This document shows, one piece after another, positions 1 through 11,225 of a stretch of DNA of 64,000 nt. The position numbers and the translations under genes are program-made. Numbering within the stretch: position 1 is the stretch's first letter; each line of letters begins with the position of its first letter. The DNA is taken from contig CM035355.1 in NCBI GenBank assembly GCA_020137815.1, positions 8,370,001 to 8,434,000 on the forward strand, given 5' to 3'. The notes under the pieces were generated by a model that worked only from the letters and a program-made list of their open reading frames with translations, was not told the DNA's origin and searched no databases. This DNA is from Hormiphora californensis (taxonomy: Eukaryota > Animalia > Ctenophora).

Positions 1-1002
1 GGTCTCTACAGCTCCGTCCAGATAGAACACATATTTAGATGAGAACAGAGGGAAGTTGGTTATACCTGGCTGTGTGAAGTCTACGTGAAACACACCATTA
101 CCAAACCTTGTATCACCCCCTGTCAGTGTCTTGTATCGCTTAACAAAGTAATCTGATCGGGGAATTGTACCAAAGAAGAAGCAGTTTGGTTTTAATCTGC
201 TGGTAGCATTTTTAATCATCCTGACTGCTTGGGCCTGACTCTCGAAGGCGTAGTGAAGTGCGAACTGGCAGGATACAAGATCAAACTCTACATCGTGTAT
301 CTGGTGTTCTGTATACTTATCAGATAAGTTGTCCCTAGTACAGTCTGACACTATGAAGTTAGCTTTGAATGTCAACTCTCTAGGTCTCTCCTCGTATCTA
401 GTTTTACACTGGGCTATACTGACATCTGCAATATCAACACACACCACGTGGGATGGCTTAGCTAGTCCCCACTTCCTCAGATCACCACCCTTACCACACG
501 CCAGGTCCAGTATAACAGCTCCCCTATCTCCAAGGGGTCCTATCCTGGCCCGGAAATCATTCATGACCAGGCTCTTCACGTAGTTGTTGAATCCTCTGAG
601 GTTAGCTATGCGGCTGTCACCTCGCTGGGCCAGGGATACTTGTTCTAACTTATTGTAGTGTTGCCTGGCTAGCTCAGCGTTCTCGTGGTTAGGTGGTTTA
701 GTGACCTCGTTGTTAGGTGGTTTAGTATCGTCAGTAGTAGATTTGGAGGTCTGCACTTCTGAGCAGGGGATTGTCTCTGATGTTTGGTCGGTCTTGGAGT
801 AGGAGTCGGTCTTGGAGTAGGAGTCTGTAGATTTTGAAGGGGAAGACTCCCGAGATGAAGACGCTTTAGATTTGGAAGACAGTTTGGGTATTTTAGGAAA
901 CTTTGGTAGTTTAACAGAGGCCAGGAAGGGTTTTTTAGTTGGTTTTGGATCGGGGGTTTCTTCATCTTGAGAGAGGTCTTCAAATGTCTGGGAGCGTTTC
1001 AT
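1..1002 (-). CDS. RNMT: mRNA cap guanine-N7 methyltransferase (5' part; runs off window start)
   Basis: Manual translation from ATG at 1002: MKRSQTFED...ARQHYNKLEQ...RGDSRIANLRGFNNYVKSL...ILDLACGKGGDLRKW...FDLVSCQFALHYAFES. These are hallmark cap methyltransferase motifs. Absent from the ORF track because no stop occurs in the window. Confidence 0.95.
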   Translation of the reverse strand, partial: MKRSQTFEDLSQDEETPDPKPTKKPFLASVKLPKFPKIPKLSSKSKASSSRESSPSKSTDSYSKTDSYSKTDQTSETIPCSEVQTSKSTTDDTKPPNNEVTKPPNHENAELARQHYNKLEQVSLAQRGDSRIANLRGFNNYVKSLVMNDFRARIGPLGDRGAVILDLACGKGGDLRKWGLAKPSHVVCVDIADVSIAQCKTRYEERPRELTFKANFIVSDCTRDNLSDKYTEHQIHDVEFDLVSCQFALHYAFESQAQAVRMIKNATSRLKPNCFFFGTIPRSDYFVKRYKTLTGGDTRFGNGVFHVDFTQPGITNFPLFSSKYVFYLDGAVET

Positions 1003-1252
1003 TTCGTAAACTATAATGGAAGGGAGAGGGGTTATTAGGAGAGAAGTAAACTAGAATGGAAGGGAGAGTAGGGGTTAGAGACTATAAAGGAGAGGGTTAG
1101 TGGCAGAGAAGGGGCTAGAAACTAATAGGAATTTAGGGATCACTCTTCAAAAGAAGGCATATAATTTTCGCCTCAGTTTCGGCATAAATGATGTGAAAAT
1201 AAAACATGTAATAATTATTAACAACACAAATTAATGTATTCTCTCCGAATGT

Positions 1253-2743
1253 TTAAAATGTTTCATTCTCTAATGTGTAGCAAGACAAATGGTAGGCCTT
1301 GTCCATGCTAGCGAAATCCCTTCTAACAGGGGGCATTAGTTTATCTTTCTCTGTCTCGTCACTCAGAATCTTCCCACACCCCGCACAAGGCTGAGAATAT
1401 AAGTTCTGGTAATAACTCAGCCACACAAAGAATTTACTAGCGTTCTGGAAATGGAGGGATGCTGCATTAGCCACCTCGGTTAAACGGTTAAAAACTGTAA
1501 ACTTGGAGGGCGGCCAGAGGTTATCATTGAGCGTCTCCTCGTTGAAGGAATGCACTATAATCCTCTCTACTACCCCGCCCTGCATTACTGCACAGGCCTT
1601 CAGAACCTTCCCAACTATTGCCTTTAGCATGGTGCCACTATGACTGGGCATTATCTGGAGTTTCAGGGAGTACTGGCTGCTGCCCAGACCAAACTTGGTA
1701 TTCATCTGGGCCACAAAACTCTCAATAACTGTCCTCTCTACATAGATATGAGGAGAGTTCAACTCAGGATCTAGCTCCGCTAGGTTCCTTATCTTGATAT
1801 TCCGTGTGACTTGGTTGAATAGTATCTGACTGTTATCTGTGATACGTGCTGCTCTTGTGTACCCCTCCTGGATGTCCTCGTGAGCCTTGTGGGATTGAAG
1901 GTCATCTGCAGCCAGGGAGAGCTGGTGGAATCCAATACTGAGAGAGGGAGGGGGAGGGTTACTACTACAGGGGGAGGTCATCGCACTGACCCTTTCTTAC
2001 GCACAGAGGGAGGAGGGCGAGGCCAGGCCGGTCAGGGGATTATGGAAAAACCCTTACCTCTTTACTATTCCTTCTTGAGGGGTCGTGTTGTGTTTCTCCA
2101 CCAGGGTTGTCAGGGGATACCGCCCCAGGGTAGACATTTTACCCTCCAAACTGTTGATGGCACGATGGATCCCATTTTGTAGATTGATATGGAGATTACC
2201 AATCATCTTCTTACCTGAAAGTAATATGGGGGAGGGGTTGGATTCTGATTTCGGAGAGGATTCACCCTAGGGGACCAAATGAGGACCGTATGGGGTGAAT
2301 CCTGTTTCAAGACGTGTTCTAACCTCTGTCCTTGTCGTTGATAGCACGGTGATCCTTTATCCCATCGTTTATTGTCTTTCCCCCAGTCAACTCGTCAAAT
2401 ACTAACTATACAACCGGGGTGAAGAGTATTAGATGCTTTGCAAAATGTTATCCCGGGGTAAAGAAAGTTGTTTTGTTAACTGTTATCAAAATGTTGACTG
2501 CTCCCTAAATCCAAATCCACGGTTATCATGCCTCAACTCCCCACTACTCAATATCTGTACCTGCACAGAAGCCCGGAGGTTCTCCACTAGTTTGATAGCA
2601 TCAGTTAGTTTCTCCACTGTGCACAACTCCCCCATCGCTGTAGAGTTGGGTGGTTGCTGTAGTTGAGGTGGCATCCCTGGGTGGAGCTGCTGCTGTCCTG
2701 GATGGTGGGCGTTAGGTGGGGGTCCACCTAGTGTAGAGGCCAT
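1253..2743 (-). CDS. MED27: Mediator complex subunit 27 (about 3 exons: ~2547-2743, ~2057-2215, ~1253-1950)
   Basis: C-terminus FFVWLSYYQNLYSQPCAGCGKIL...LMPPVRRDFASMDKAYHLSC matches the MED27 C-terminal Zn-binding region. N-terminal exon carries EKLTDAIKLVENLRASVQ. GT-AG boundaries visible; exon limits approximate. Confidence 0.85.
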
Positions 2744-2980
2744 GCTACAATGGGGAGGGATGGTGGGCGTTAGGTGGGGGTCCACCTAGTGTAGAGGCCA
2801 TACTACAATATAGTTAGGAGGGGTGTAATCGCTAATCAGTGGGAGGAGGCAGAACAATTCAGAGTTTGATCTACCGAACCCTCACAGAACGTGGTGTGAG
2901 CCACACAAGTCAGAGTGAGACAGTAAACAGTTTAGTTAGACGAGAAATAAAAGAACAAAAACAGAAAATAGTACAAAATT

Positions 2981-3812
2981 GGGGGGGGGGGCCGGCTGAA
3001 GTTTTTGAAGTTTTTGAAGTCAACTTCAAAAACTTCAAAGAGAAACTTAGGGTGGAAAACTTCAAAAACTTCAAAAACTTCAAAAACTCATATCTCCTAA
3101 ACCGTTGGAGATAGGCCCTATGTTGCTTCATAACTCTTATATAAACTTACATATTCCGAACAAGATGCACCCCTTTAAAAAGCCTATAGTCACTCATAAA
3201 CCATTAAAACTGGTCTAGCCCAAAAAAAGTCATGCGCACACACAAAATTATGAAAATATCCCATTATCCCTCGAATTAGATGAGGTGGAGACTTCATTTT
3301 GGCACGTACCCCCACTAACTCGAGGCCGCTGATGATTTTGGTGACCATATTTTTTTCACTACTCCCTTCATAAAAAATTTGCATTTTGTGAAACTGGCAA
3401 AAAGGGTGTGGCCCCAAAAAAAATTTTGAAAATTTACTTCATAATTTTTAAACACTTTCTTAGCATTTTCTAGGCAATATTTTGAGTTATAGAATGAAAA
3501 TTAAATCTGTTTGTACAAAAAATTTAAATTTTTTACACCAAATTGTGTCATGGATTTCATGGTTAGGAATCATTGTAAATATCCTAATTTGTGGTAGAAA
3601 AAGTGCAGAAAAGTACGGATAACTTTGCCACAATATGTATTAAGCATGAAACTAACCTAAACAAGTGTGATAATAGTCACTGATAGCATAAAAAAGTAGT
3701 TTAGAGTTTTTGAAGTTTTTGAAGTTTTTGAAGTCAACTTCAAAAACTTCAAAAACTCAAAAAGTAGGGTGGAAAACTTCAAACTTCAAAAACTTCAGCC
3801 GGCCCCCCCCCC
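2981..3812. mobile_element. Non-autonomous TIR element (MITE) with poly-G termini and 8-bp TSD
   Basis: Termini G11-CCGGCTGAAGTTTTTGAAG... and ...CTTCAAAAACTTCAGCCGG-C10. Identical ACAAAATT flanks at 2973-2980 and 3813-3820. Subterminal AAAACTTCA repeats; no coding capacity. Confidence 0.88.
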
Positions 3813-3853
3813 ACAAAATTACAACCCGAGACACAAAATATAATTAAAACTCA

Positions 3854-4911
3854 CTAAATAACATTTAACTTGATCAAATCGGCAGTTTTTAACGGCAGCT
3901 GAGTCACCGGGCAGGTACCACTATTCATGGCATGTGTATAAATACACACGTAACAGTACACTAGGCCAGTGATAGGGACTGCAGTGGGTATCCTGAATTT
4001 AGCGCCACACAAATCACAAAACCCGGGGTTAGCTGGAGGTTTAGTGTGAGGTGGGGGAGGTTTTAACTTAGCCTCATACGGGGATACCTCAACAGCTGAC
4101 CACTGCTTTAGAAACTGGACATAGAACATTGCTACCGGGAATATCAGCTCTACAACACGACCCACAACCGATAGAGGTGGAGGGGAGGTGTCTGAAAAGG
4201 AGAGATTCAAACCCAGGAATCCTGACATGAGAGAGTGTTTGTTAGTGTACCCGAGATAGTATCCCAACCTAACTGCTGTGTTAACAGCACTCAACCCAAG
4301 ATTGAAATAAGGGTACCACCTCACCAGGAACTCCCTCCATTTCGGCATCTCATCCCCATGGTGATGATCGTTATACCACTCTGCCAGTTTCTGGTTTAGG
4401 AATGGAGTCAGGACAGTATCGAGCAATCCCAGAATCTTTAGCAGTTTTACAAGCCTGTCTGACTGGGATGTTTTAGTGGCTGATGGAGAGAGTGTGTCGC
4501 AAGAAAGGGATGGTAGTTTTGATGAAGGAGTATCTAGGTAGGATCGTGATAACCCCCAGTAGTGTTCTGCTAGAGTCGCATTATGGTGGTAGAGATAGTA
4601 TCCCTTGGAGAAGGGTTGAGAGTTTGAAGTATAACACGTCTGATAAAGCTGGAGATAATCCTGGTGGGAATGGTAAGCTGTTAATAGTTGCCATGATAAT
4701 CAGGGAACGATAAAACAACAATAGTTTGGAACTAGAAGGAACCATCCAACACCGTTATAATCTTTAGAGGGATCACTTACCCTATACATTTAGAGAGGTG
4801 AAGGAAGGCAGGGATCACTTACCCGATACATTTAGAAAGGTGAAGGAAGGCAGGGTAAAGTGACTTGTTTAGCTCATCTGCACTAAGGACTGTTAGTAGA
4901 GGGGGCACCAT
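3854..4911 (-). CDS. PEX12: Peroxisome biogenesis RING protein PEX12 (spliced; one apparent 1-nt homopolymer frameshift near 4602)
   Basis: C-terminal degenerate RING CDLCGAKFRIPTAVPITGLVYCYVCIY...CPVT. FYVQFLKQW and PPPP motifs. Upstream YYLYHHNATLAEHYWGLSR resembles the Pex2/Pex12 N-terminal domain. First exon 4821-4911 ends in GG|GTAAGT. Confidence 0.85.
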
Positions 4912-4934
4912 GACCGCTATAGAGAGAGTTATCT

Positions 4935-5225
4935 TGTAGTTTGGATTATTGGGGTAGTATAGAACGGTAAGGGGGTGGTAGGGTGGTGATAGGGCGGAGG
5001 GCGGGTGGTTGGTAGGGGCGGGTAATTGGGGTGGGGATAGGGCGGGTGGTAAGACTTGGATAGGGCGGGCGGGAGGGGCGGTAGGTAGGGGCGGGGATAG
5101 GGCGGGCGGGAGGGGCCGGGTATGGGCGTAGTTGGGGCGGGTGGTAAGACTGGGATAGGGCGGGCGGGGCGGTGGGTAGGGGCGGGCGGGAGGGGCGGGT
5201 GGTAGGGGTGGGGAAAGGGTGGCTG
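4935..5225. repeat. G-rich degenerate minisatellite (GGGCGGGTGGTAGGGG-like)
   Basis: Imperfect tandem G-rich units between the PEX12 start and the DNAJC22 exon; source of the spurious Pro-rich ORFs. Confidence 0.7.
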
Positions 5226-5329
5226 GGAGATACTGTAGTGAGCTGTGAGACATGTCGGGTGAAAGTTGATGTAACTCTTTCTCTCATCTCTTCACTAGGG
5301 TCTTAACTACTCTCTTTCCTAACTCTCAG

Positions 5330-7176
5330 GGCTCTTGGTAGATTTCTTTAACATACCCAGCTATGTGGACAAAGCTAACGGGAAACACGCTGAGTTTCAT
5401 CAGGAACTTCGGAGTCTACATCGAAAGCACTTTCCTACGGTAATTATGTGCACCATAACAGATCTGCTGGACAGCCAACAGAAAATATGACTACTTTTTA
5501 AAATTTAACTCCAACATTATCAAAACTAAGTCTTGTTGCTGAAGGATAACAAACTAAAGCAAGCTCACCGAGTTTCCATTATATCTAGCCTCAAGTTAAC
5601 TTGGTGATGTTGGTATTTCAACTGATAGTTGGTGCCAAGTTCAGACTCCTGGTTCACCTGGCAATACCTTTAGAGGGATATATCTGGCTGAGAGTGATCC
5701 TTCTACCCATAGTCACCACTGCAGGTATATCACATGATTGTAACACCTGGGACTGGTCAGTAGGCTCGACAATACTGGTTTTAAAAGCTGTAAAAACAAA
5801 GGCAATTCTAGTTTCAGCGTCACCTGAAAACCACTGGATTTAACTAATTTCAGGAGTGGTACTGGTTGGTAAACTCTACCAAACCCGCAGTTCTCCCTTC
5901 CTAACTGTGTTATGCTCCTGTCTCTCCTACATCATCCTCCATCTACTGCTGGGTATCCCAAACAACATCATTCCTATTGATACCACAACTGGGGCTCTGG
6001 TGGGATTCACCTGGTTTAGGAGGTATGAGGGAGAAGGAGAGGAGGAGGGGTTGAGGATAAAGAGAGGAAAGAAGAAGGTGTTCCTGACATGTGTAGTGGC
6101 ACTCCTTGTATTGCAGGGTTAGTAGTAACATACTGAAACTGAACAAGTCAACAGCTATTGATAACCTGGATTAACCCCACATCCCATGACTAAGTGTCCC
6201 CGAAAGGGATTCACATGGCAACCGCTCTTATATTACAAGTCAATAACACCCCCGCATCCAGGTGGGTACTACTATAACAATGCCACGATGACGATAGAGG
6301 GAGTGCAGGTTCCTCTAAGGGATGTGGCTGTCGAGTTCTTCAACTCTCCAGCTTGGGTGGAAACCAAACTGAAACTAGCGCAGTTCTATGAAGAGGTGAA
6401 TGGTTCTCGTTCTAAATAGAGAACATCGTATGTTGCTATGGTATCAAGACTCTCAACAACACGCCCCTAGTAGTGTGTGTTAATTGCCCCTAATTTCAGG
6501 TTTGGGAGATAGGGTTCCTGCCCGCACTGAGTCGGTTAAATCTCTTCTCAGACGAGAGCATGTCAGAAGAAGCTGCGTTTGAGTTACTGGGTGTTGAGGC
6601 TAACATAACCTCTACTGCATTAAAAAAGAAGTAGGGATCAGTTTAGCAATGTCCAATAATTCGCAAGTTCAATTTTTCGACCAATTGTAATCAGTTGGTC
6701 AATCAGTTGTTTTTGAAATCTACATACATTCAACTGTTTCAACTGTTTCCATGGTAACCCCTGATCATATTCTGTAGGTTCCGTAAGTTATCCCTGGAGT
6801 TTCACCCTGACAAACATCCACCTGAGACAAGGGAGAAGGCAAACACAAAGTTTATGGAGCTGAAAACTGCTTATGATGTTGTGAGTGATAGCTGGAAAGT
6901 AATAAAGAGATAGATGATGTGTGACCCTCTCCCCCCTTGTGATATAAGACACCCCCATGTGATATGTGACACCCCCATGTGATATATAGGGGATATATAT
7001 TGTGACACCCCATTCCCCAGATAATGAAAATGAGGTCCTACCGAACAAAGATAGAGAGTGCCAAAGTCCTGAAAGAAATGGCAGACCGACTGAATCGATT
7101 TGAAGAGAGATACAAGAAATCAAAGGAGAAGAAAGAAGAAGAAAAGAAGGGTGAGGAAGAGAAGACTGAGTTGTGA
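5330..7176 (+). CDS. DNAJC22: DnaJ homolog C22 / wurst (multi-TM J-domain protein; 7 visible exons, first coding exon not found in window)
   Basis: Spliced translation: GLLVDFFNIPSYVDKAN (end of TM2 domain), then PQVNLVMLVFQLIVG, GVVLVG, YYYNNATMT...FFNSPAW, AFELLGV, FRKLSLEFHPDK (HPD motif), FMELKTAYD, ending KTEL* at 7176. GT-AG boundaries keep frame. Confidence 0.85.
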
Positions 7177-7624
7177 AGATGACATGTTAATTATATAATT
7201 TATTTAACCGGGTTATTTATAAACAAACAACGCTGTTTTCTCTTGAGCTAAAACATTTAAGATAAGGGGCCTAATTTAACAAATTCATTCGTGATAGATA
7301 TCTGAAGAAAAATATATAACATAAATCATGCAATTTGATAAAATAGTTTTCCTCTGTTATAGCAGTCAGTCTAGTTTGAACCTGACTTCATTGTTCTCAG
7401 AAGAGGTAGTCAGACTAAAGCACCATTCAGCTATCACTACATCATTGGTTAGGTACCACGCTGGATAGTTTTTCATTTGCACTTTTAAACAATCCAAAGG
7501 ACAGTTTTATTGACTGCACAGAATTGGATGGGGCTAGAGTTACTATGGCTACCAATTCACAGCGTGTTACCATGGTTACCAATTCACAGCTTGTCACCAT
7601 CATCCTGTTGCCCTGGTAACACAC

Positions 7625-8800
7625 TCACAGTGCTTCGTTCACTGTCACATCACAACGTGTCATCTCAGTATGGTTCCCTCCTCCGTTAGCCCGGTTATTA
7701 CTCCCCCTACTCAACATTGGCATCCTGACCGCACTGACACTATTCTTCTTCATCCTGCCCACAGCTTTGGCTGACGTCCACTTGATCTCCTTGCGGATAG
7801 CCTTCAGTCGGAACGCGTATACTAGTGGGTTGAGTGCGGGGGAGAGGTACTGGAGCCACCAAACTGTCATCCGCAGGTGGAAGTTAGTAAGGAATGAGAG
7901 AGATGTGGAGACGAGGGAGGGTAACATGTGCCTGATACAACTCAACACATACTGAGGTAACCAGGTAGAGGTATCCAGACACATTAGAATCAGAAGCGTT
8001 ACCGTGACAACCAACTTAGTCTGAGAACTCTCATCTCCCATCTGGGTCCTAGCCTTCCTCTTCAGTCTCATTACAGTCACAGTAGTGTAGACTGATGCCA
8101 TGATGATGGTCAGGAAGGATACAAAGTTGAACGTGATGGAAGTGATGAGGATTCTGTTAATGTCAGTGGTGTTCACGTAACTCAGCATACACTGGAAGGC
8201 AGGGTTCATAAAGACGGTAGTGTGAGGGTACACTACATCCTGAGTGTTCAGACACAATACTACCACCACCCCTGCTAGGTAGGCCATCACACAGCGGGTA
8301 TTGGTGACCCATCTCTCACAGTTCAGAGGGAATCTGATAGTGATTATCCTCTCCATACCAATCAGGGTCACTGTAGCCAGGGTCAACTGGAAGAGGGGTT
8401 TATAGAAGAACGCACTGACCCTACACCATATCATGTGTAGCCCCTGGTTAACGAATTGTTTGGGGAAGGGCTGCTCCGCGGTGGCTGGATCCATCCCTAT
8501 CCAGATCCCAGTGAAGCAGGCTATACCCACAAACAGCATGTGAAGGGTGCCAATCAGCAGGTCGGTAAGGGATAGGAAACAGATAAGGGTGATGTGAGGT
8601 CTTCTCAGGGATCTGGATCTAGATCTCTTGATAACTAGGAGTGTAACTAGGTTACCAAGGATGGTTAGAGAGGAGAGGAGGAGGGTGAAGGTGCCCAGGT
8701 AGTAGTTGGGGGCTGTGTCAGCTGTGTTGGTGGTGGATATATTGGTGTCAGGAGTGGTAGTGGACACATTGGTGTCAGGAGTGTTGGATATATTGGACAT
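7625..8800 (-). CDS. Orphan class A (rhodopsin-like) GPCR, single coding exon
   Basis: 391-aa ORF with N-glycosylated N-terminus, seven hydrophobic segments, GN (TM1), LSLTD (TM2), ERI (DRY variant), WLP (TM6) and NPLVY (TM7). No Lys at the opsin Schiff-base position. Confidence 0.92.
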   Translation of the reverse strand: MSNISNTPDTNVSTTTPDTNISTTNTADTAPNYYLGTFTLLLSSLTILGNLVTLLVIKRSRSRSLRRPHITLICFLSLTDLLIGTLHMLFVGIACFTGIWIGMDPATAEQPFPKQFVNQGLHMIWCRVSAFFYKPLFQLTLATVTLIGMERIITIRFPLNCERWVTNTRCVMAYLAGVVVVLCLNTQDVVYPHTTVFMNPAFQCMLSYVNTTDINRILITSITFNFVSFLTIIMASVYTTVTVMRLKRKARTQMGDESSQTKLVVTVTLLILMCLDTSTWLPQYVLSCIRHMLPSLVSTSLSFLTNFHLRMTVWWLQYLSPALNPLVYAFRLKAIRKEIKWTSAKAVGRMKKNSVSAVRMPMLSRGSNNRANGGGNHTEMTRCDVTVNEAL

Positions 8801-9882
8801 GTTCCTGATGGGGAAAACACATGGTTAAGTGGACAACAATGGGAGTTTAGTGTCGACATTATCGAAGGAAAAGAAGAAAACAACAATGCAGGCAGTACTA
8901 AACATGGCTAAGGACACGCTTTGTCTACCGAGTATAATTTATCAAACAACGCAAAGTCTTCACTACAAAACACAAATAGAAATTAGATAGCTGTGCAGAA
9001 AACGGAGGAGGACAACAACTAGTGTTTTACACGCACTATGGGGTCATAAAGCATCAACATGGGAGCATTTTTAGAAAACAATAGAAAGATTAGAACACAG
9101 CTCCAAGAGAAATAATTATAGAGGATTTAGCTTTGCAACATTATCATCACCGCCAACTCCTTGAGGCTTCTCTCTCTCTAGAGAACCAGTCTTTCTCCTT
9201 GAAGCGTGCACAACACTCTATCCTATACAAAATCCTTGAGGTGTCTCTATCTTTCAAAAGAGAAACCACACTGCTGAGTACCTGCTTTGTTCAAACAACA
9301 GATCTGTCATATTTTTCCCTCACTCTCCCTTAGCTTCTCTCTTTCTCTCTTTCGTTCTCTCTCCCTCTCTTTTCTTCACCACACATCTCTCGACATTCTG
9401 ATGCGGAAATTACAAAAAGTGCCAAATTACCCACCAATAAAACATCCATCAAGCATATAATTGTGGTTCTTTTGAAAGCATTATAAAGTGCCAGGAAACC
9501 ACAAAGTATCTAAATGGGATCATTTGGAAATAATCTTCAAGAAAATGAACATCCTCCTGCTAGAATGCGGTTTCCCAGGACACCCATTACACCAACATCG
9601 ACTATATTTATACGGGCACACATAATAATATAATGGCTATCATAATATTATGAAGATGATGATGTGTTATAATTATACAACTGTAACGAATTTACCTCGT
9701 TAGGCTATAACACGCAAACAATTAATTCCCTTCCCAGGATCAAGAGCACGGAGAAAATGATATATTTTCTAGGATATATAATCTGTGGGGTATGTGAGAG
9801 CTATATGATAGATAGAGAGCTATTATATGGTAAACGTCATGCCTGATTCTAACCTCCCCTATTTATTTCTTCACACGCATTA

Positions 9883-10895
9883 TAGTAAGGGAATTTTAGT
9901 ATATTTTTTCAGCAAAATTTTTAACAAGCTAATTTCTTCACCAATAGGTCCGGATAGGTGTCTAGTATCACCAAAAAAAAGTACACGATAATCGGAAGTG
10001 CGCACGCGCGCTGAGCGCGCAAGAAGTAAACACATGTAAATACATGTATTTCTAGCCTGGCACGAAAACCCAAAAACCATCTTAGGAGACGAGTAGAGAA
10101 AAAATCAAGGGCACTAGATTGTGTAGCGTCCTCGCATTAGTGGGGGTAGGTGCTGGAATTAAGTCTCTATCTCATCTGGTTAATTAGATAATTGGATAAT
10201 TAGATAGGCGCATAACCGTATTTTGGCTATATGGCTATAGCCACTTAGGAATGGTTTAGAGACTTTTCATTGGTGCCATTTTGTTCAGAAGAAAATTTCA
10301 ATCTAAGAAAAATTTAAAGCCTATCTCTTACCGTTTTGGCGTAATTTGCGGTCAAAGAAGGCCAATTAACTAATTATTTGGCATTTTCGACTGATTTGGC
10401 ATACTTTGACCGCAAATAACGCCAAAACCGTAAGAGATAGGCTCAAAATTTTTCCACAACTCTTAGATTTAAATTTTCTTCTGAACAAAATGGCACCAAT
10501 GAAAAGTCTCTAAACCATTCCTAAGTGGCTATAGCCATATAGCCAAAATACGGTTATGCGCATATCTAATTATCCAATTATCTAATTAACCAGATGAGAT
10601 AGAGACTTAATTCCAGCACCTATCCCCACTAATGCGAGGACGCTACACAATCTAGTGCCCTTGATTTTTTCTCTACTCGTCTCCTAAGATGGTTTTTGGG
10701 TTTTCGTGCCAGGCTAGAAATACATGTATTTACATGTGTTTACTTCTTGCGCGCTCAGCGCGCGTGCGCACTTCCGATTATCGTGTACTTTTTTTGGTGA
10801 TACTAGACACCTATCCGGACCTATTGGTGAAGAAATTAGCTTGTTAAAAATTTTGTTGAAAACTTGGCCCTTTTTTTACTAAAATCCCCTTACTA
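9883..10895. mobile_element. ~1-kb fold-back non-autonomous DNA transposon (TAG...CTA termini, 3-bp TTA TSD; Academ-like)
   Basis: Left arm 9883-~10360 is a near-perfect reverse complement of ~10405-10895. TTA at 9880-9882 and 10896-10898. Superfamily inferred from termini and TSD only. Confidence 0.8.
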
Positions 10896-11152
10896 TTACA
10901 ACAACTATATTATATATTATATCCACGTTATCAACACAAAAGACACGGCTTAAAATGTTTCCAATCGCAGGGAAGCTTCCAGAAGGCAGATCAAGAAGAT
11001 AATACAGGGATGGAAGGTATAATTAACAGTAAGACTCTCTGGAGCTACTATCTCCATATCAATCCACTGACCCAGCAATCACTTCATTATAATATCCTTA
11101 TAGTTCATATACAACTCACGATAGTGCATTGTGCACGGCTCAGAGTATGGAG

Positions 11153-11225
11153 AACTGATCCCTGATTGGCTGATAACCAGTCACGTGACCTAAATAACGA
11201 GTTCTGATTGGTTGTTTACTTCCTG
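11153..11225. repeat. Dispersed ~70-bp mini-element (CTGATTGG...GTCACGTGAC...CTGATTGG), copy 1
   Basis: Near-identical to 48955-49020; flanked by 29-bp direct repeats at 11124-11152 and 11226-11254. Confidence 0.75.

Noticed and set aside
329-983. ORF-track ORFs 329-583 (+) and 669-983 (-)
   Set aside because: Antisense and alternate-frame shadows of the RNMT CDS.
7625-8800. Opsin
   Set aside because: The TM7 position equivalent to the retinal-binding Lys is Tyr (QYLSPALNPLVY).
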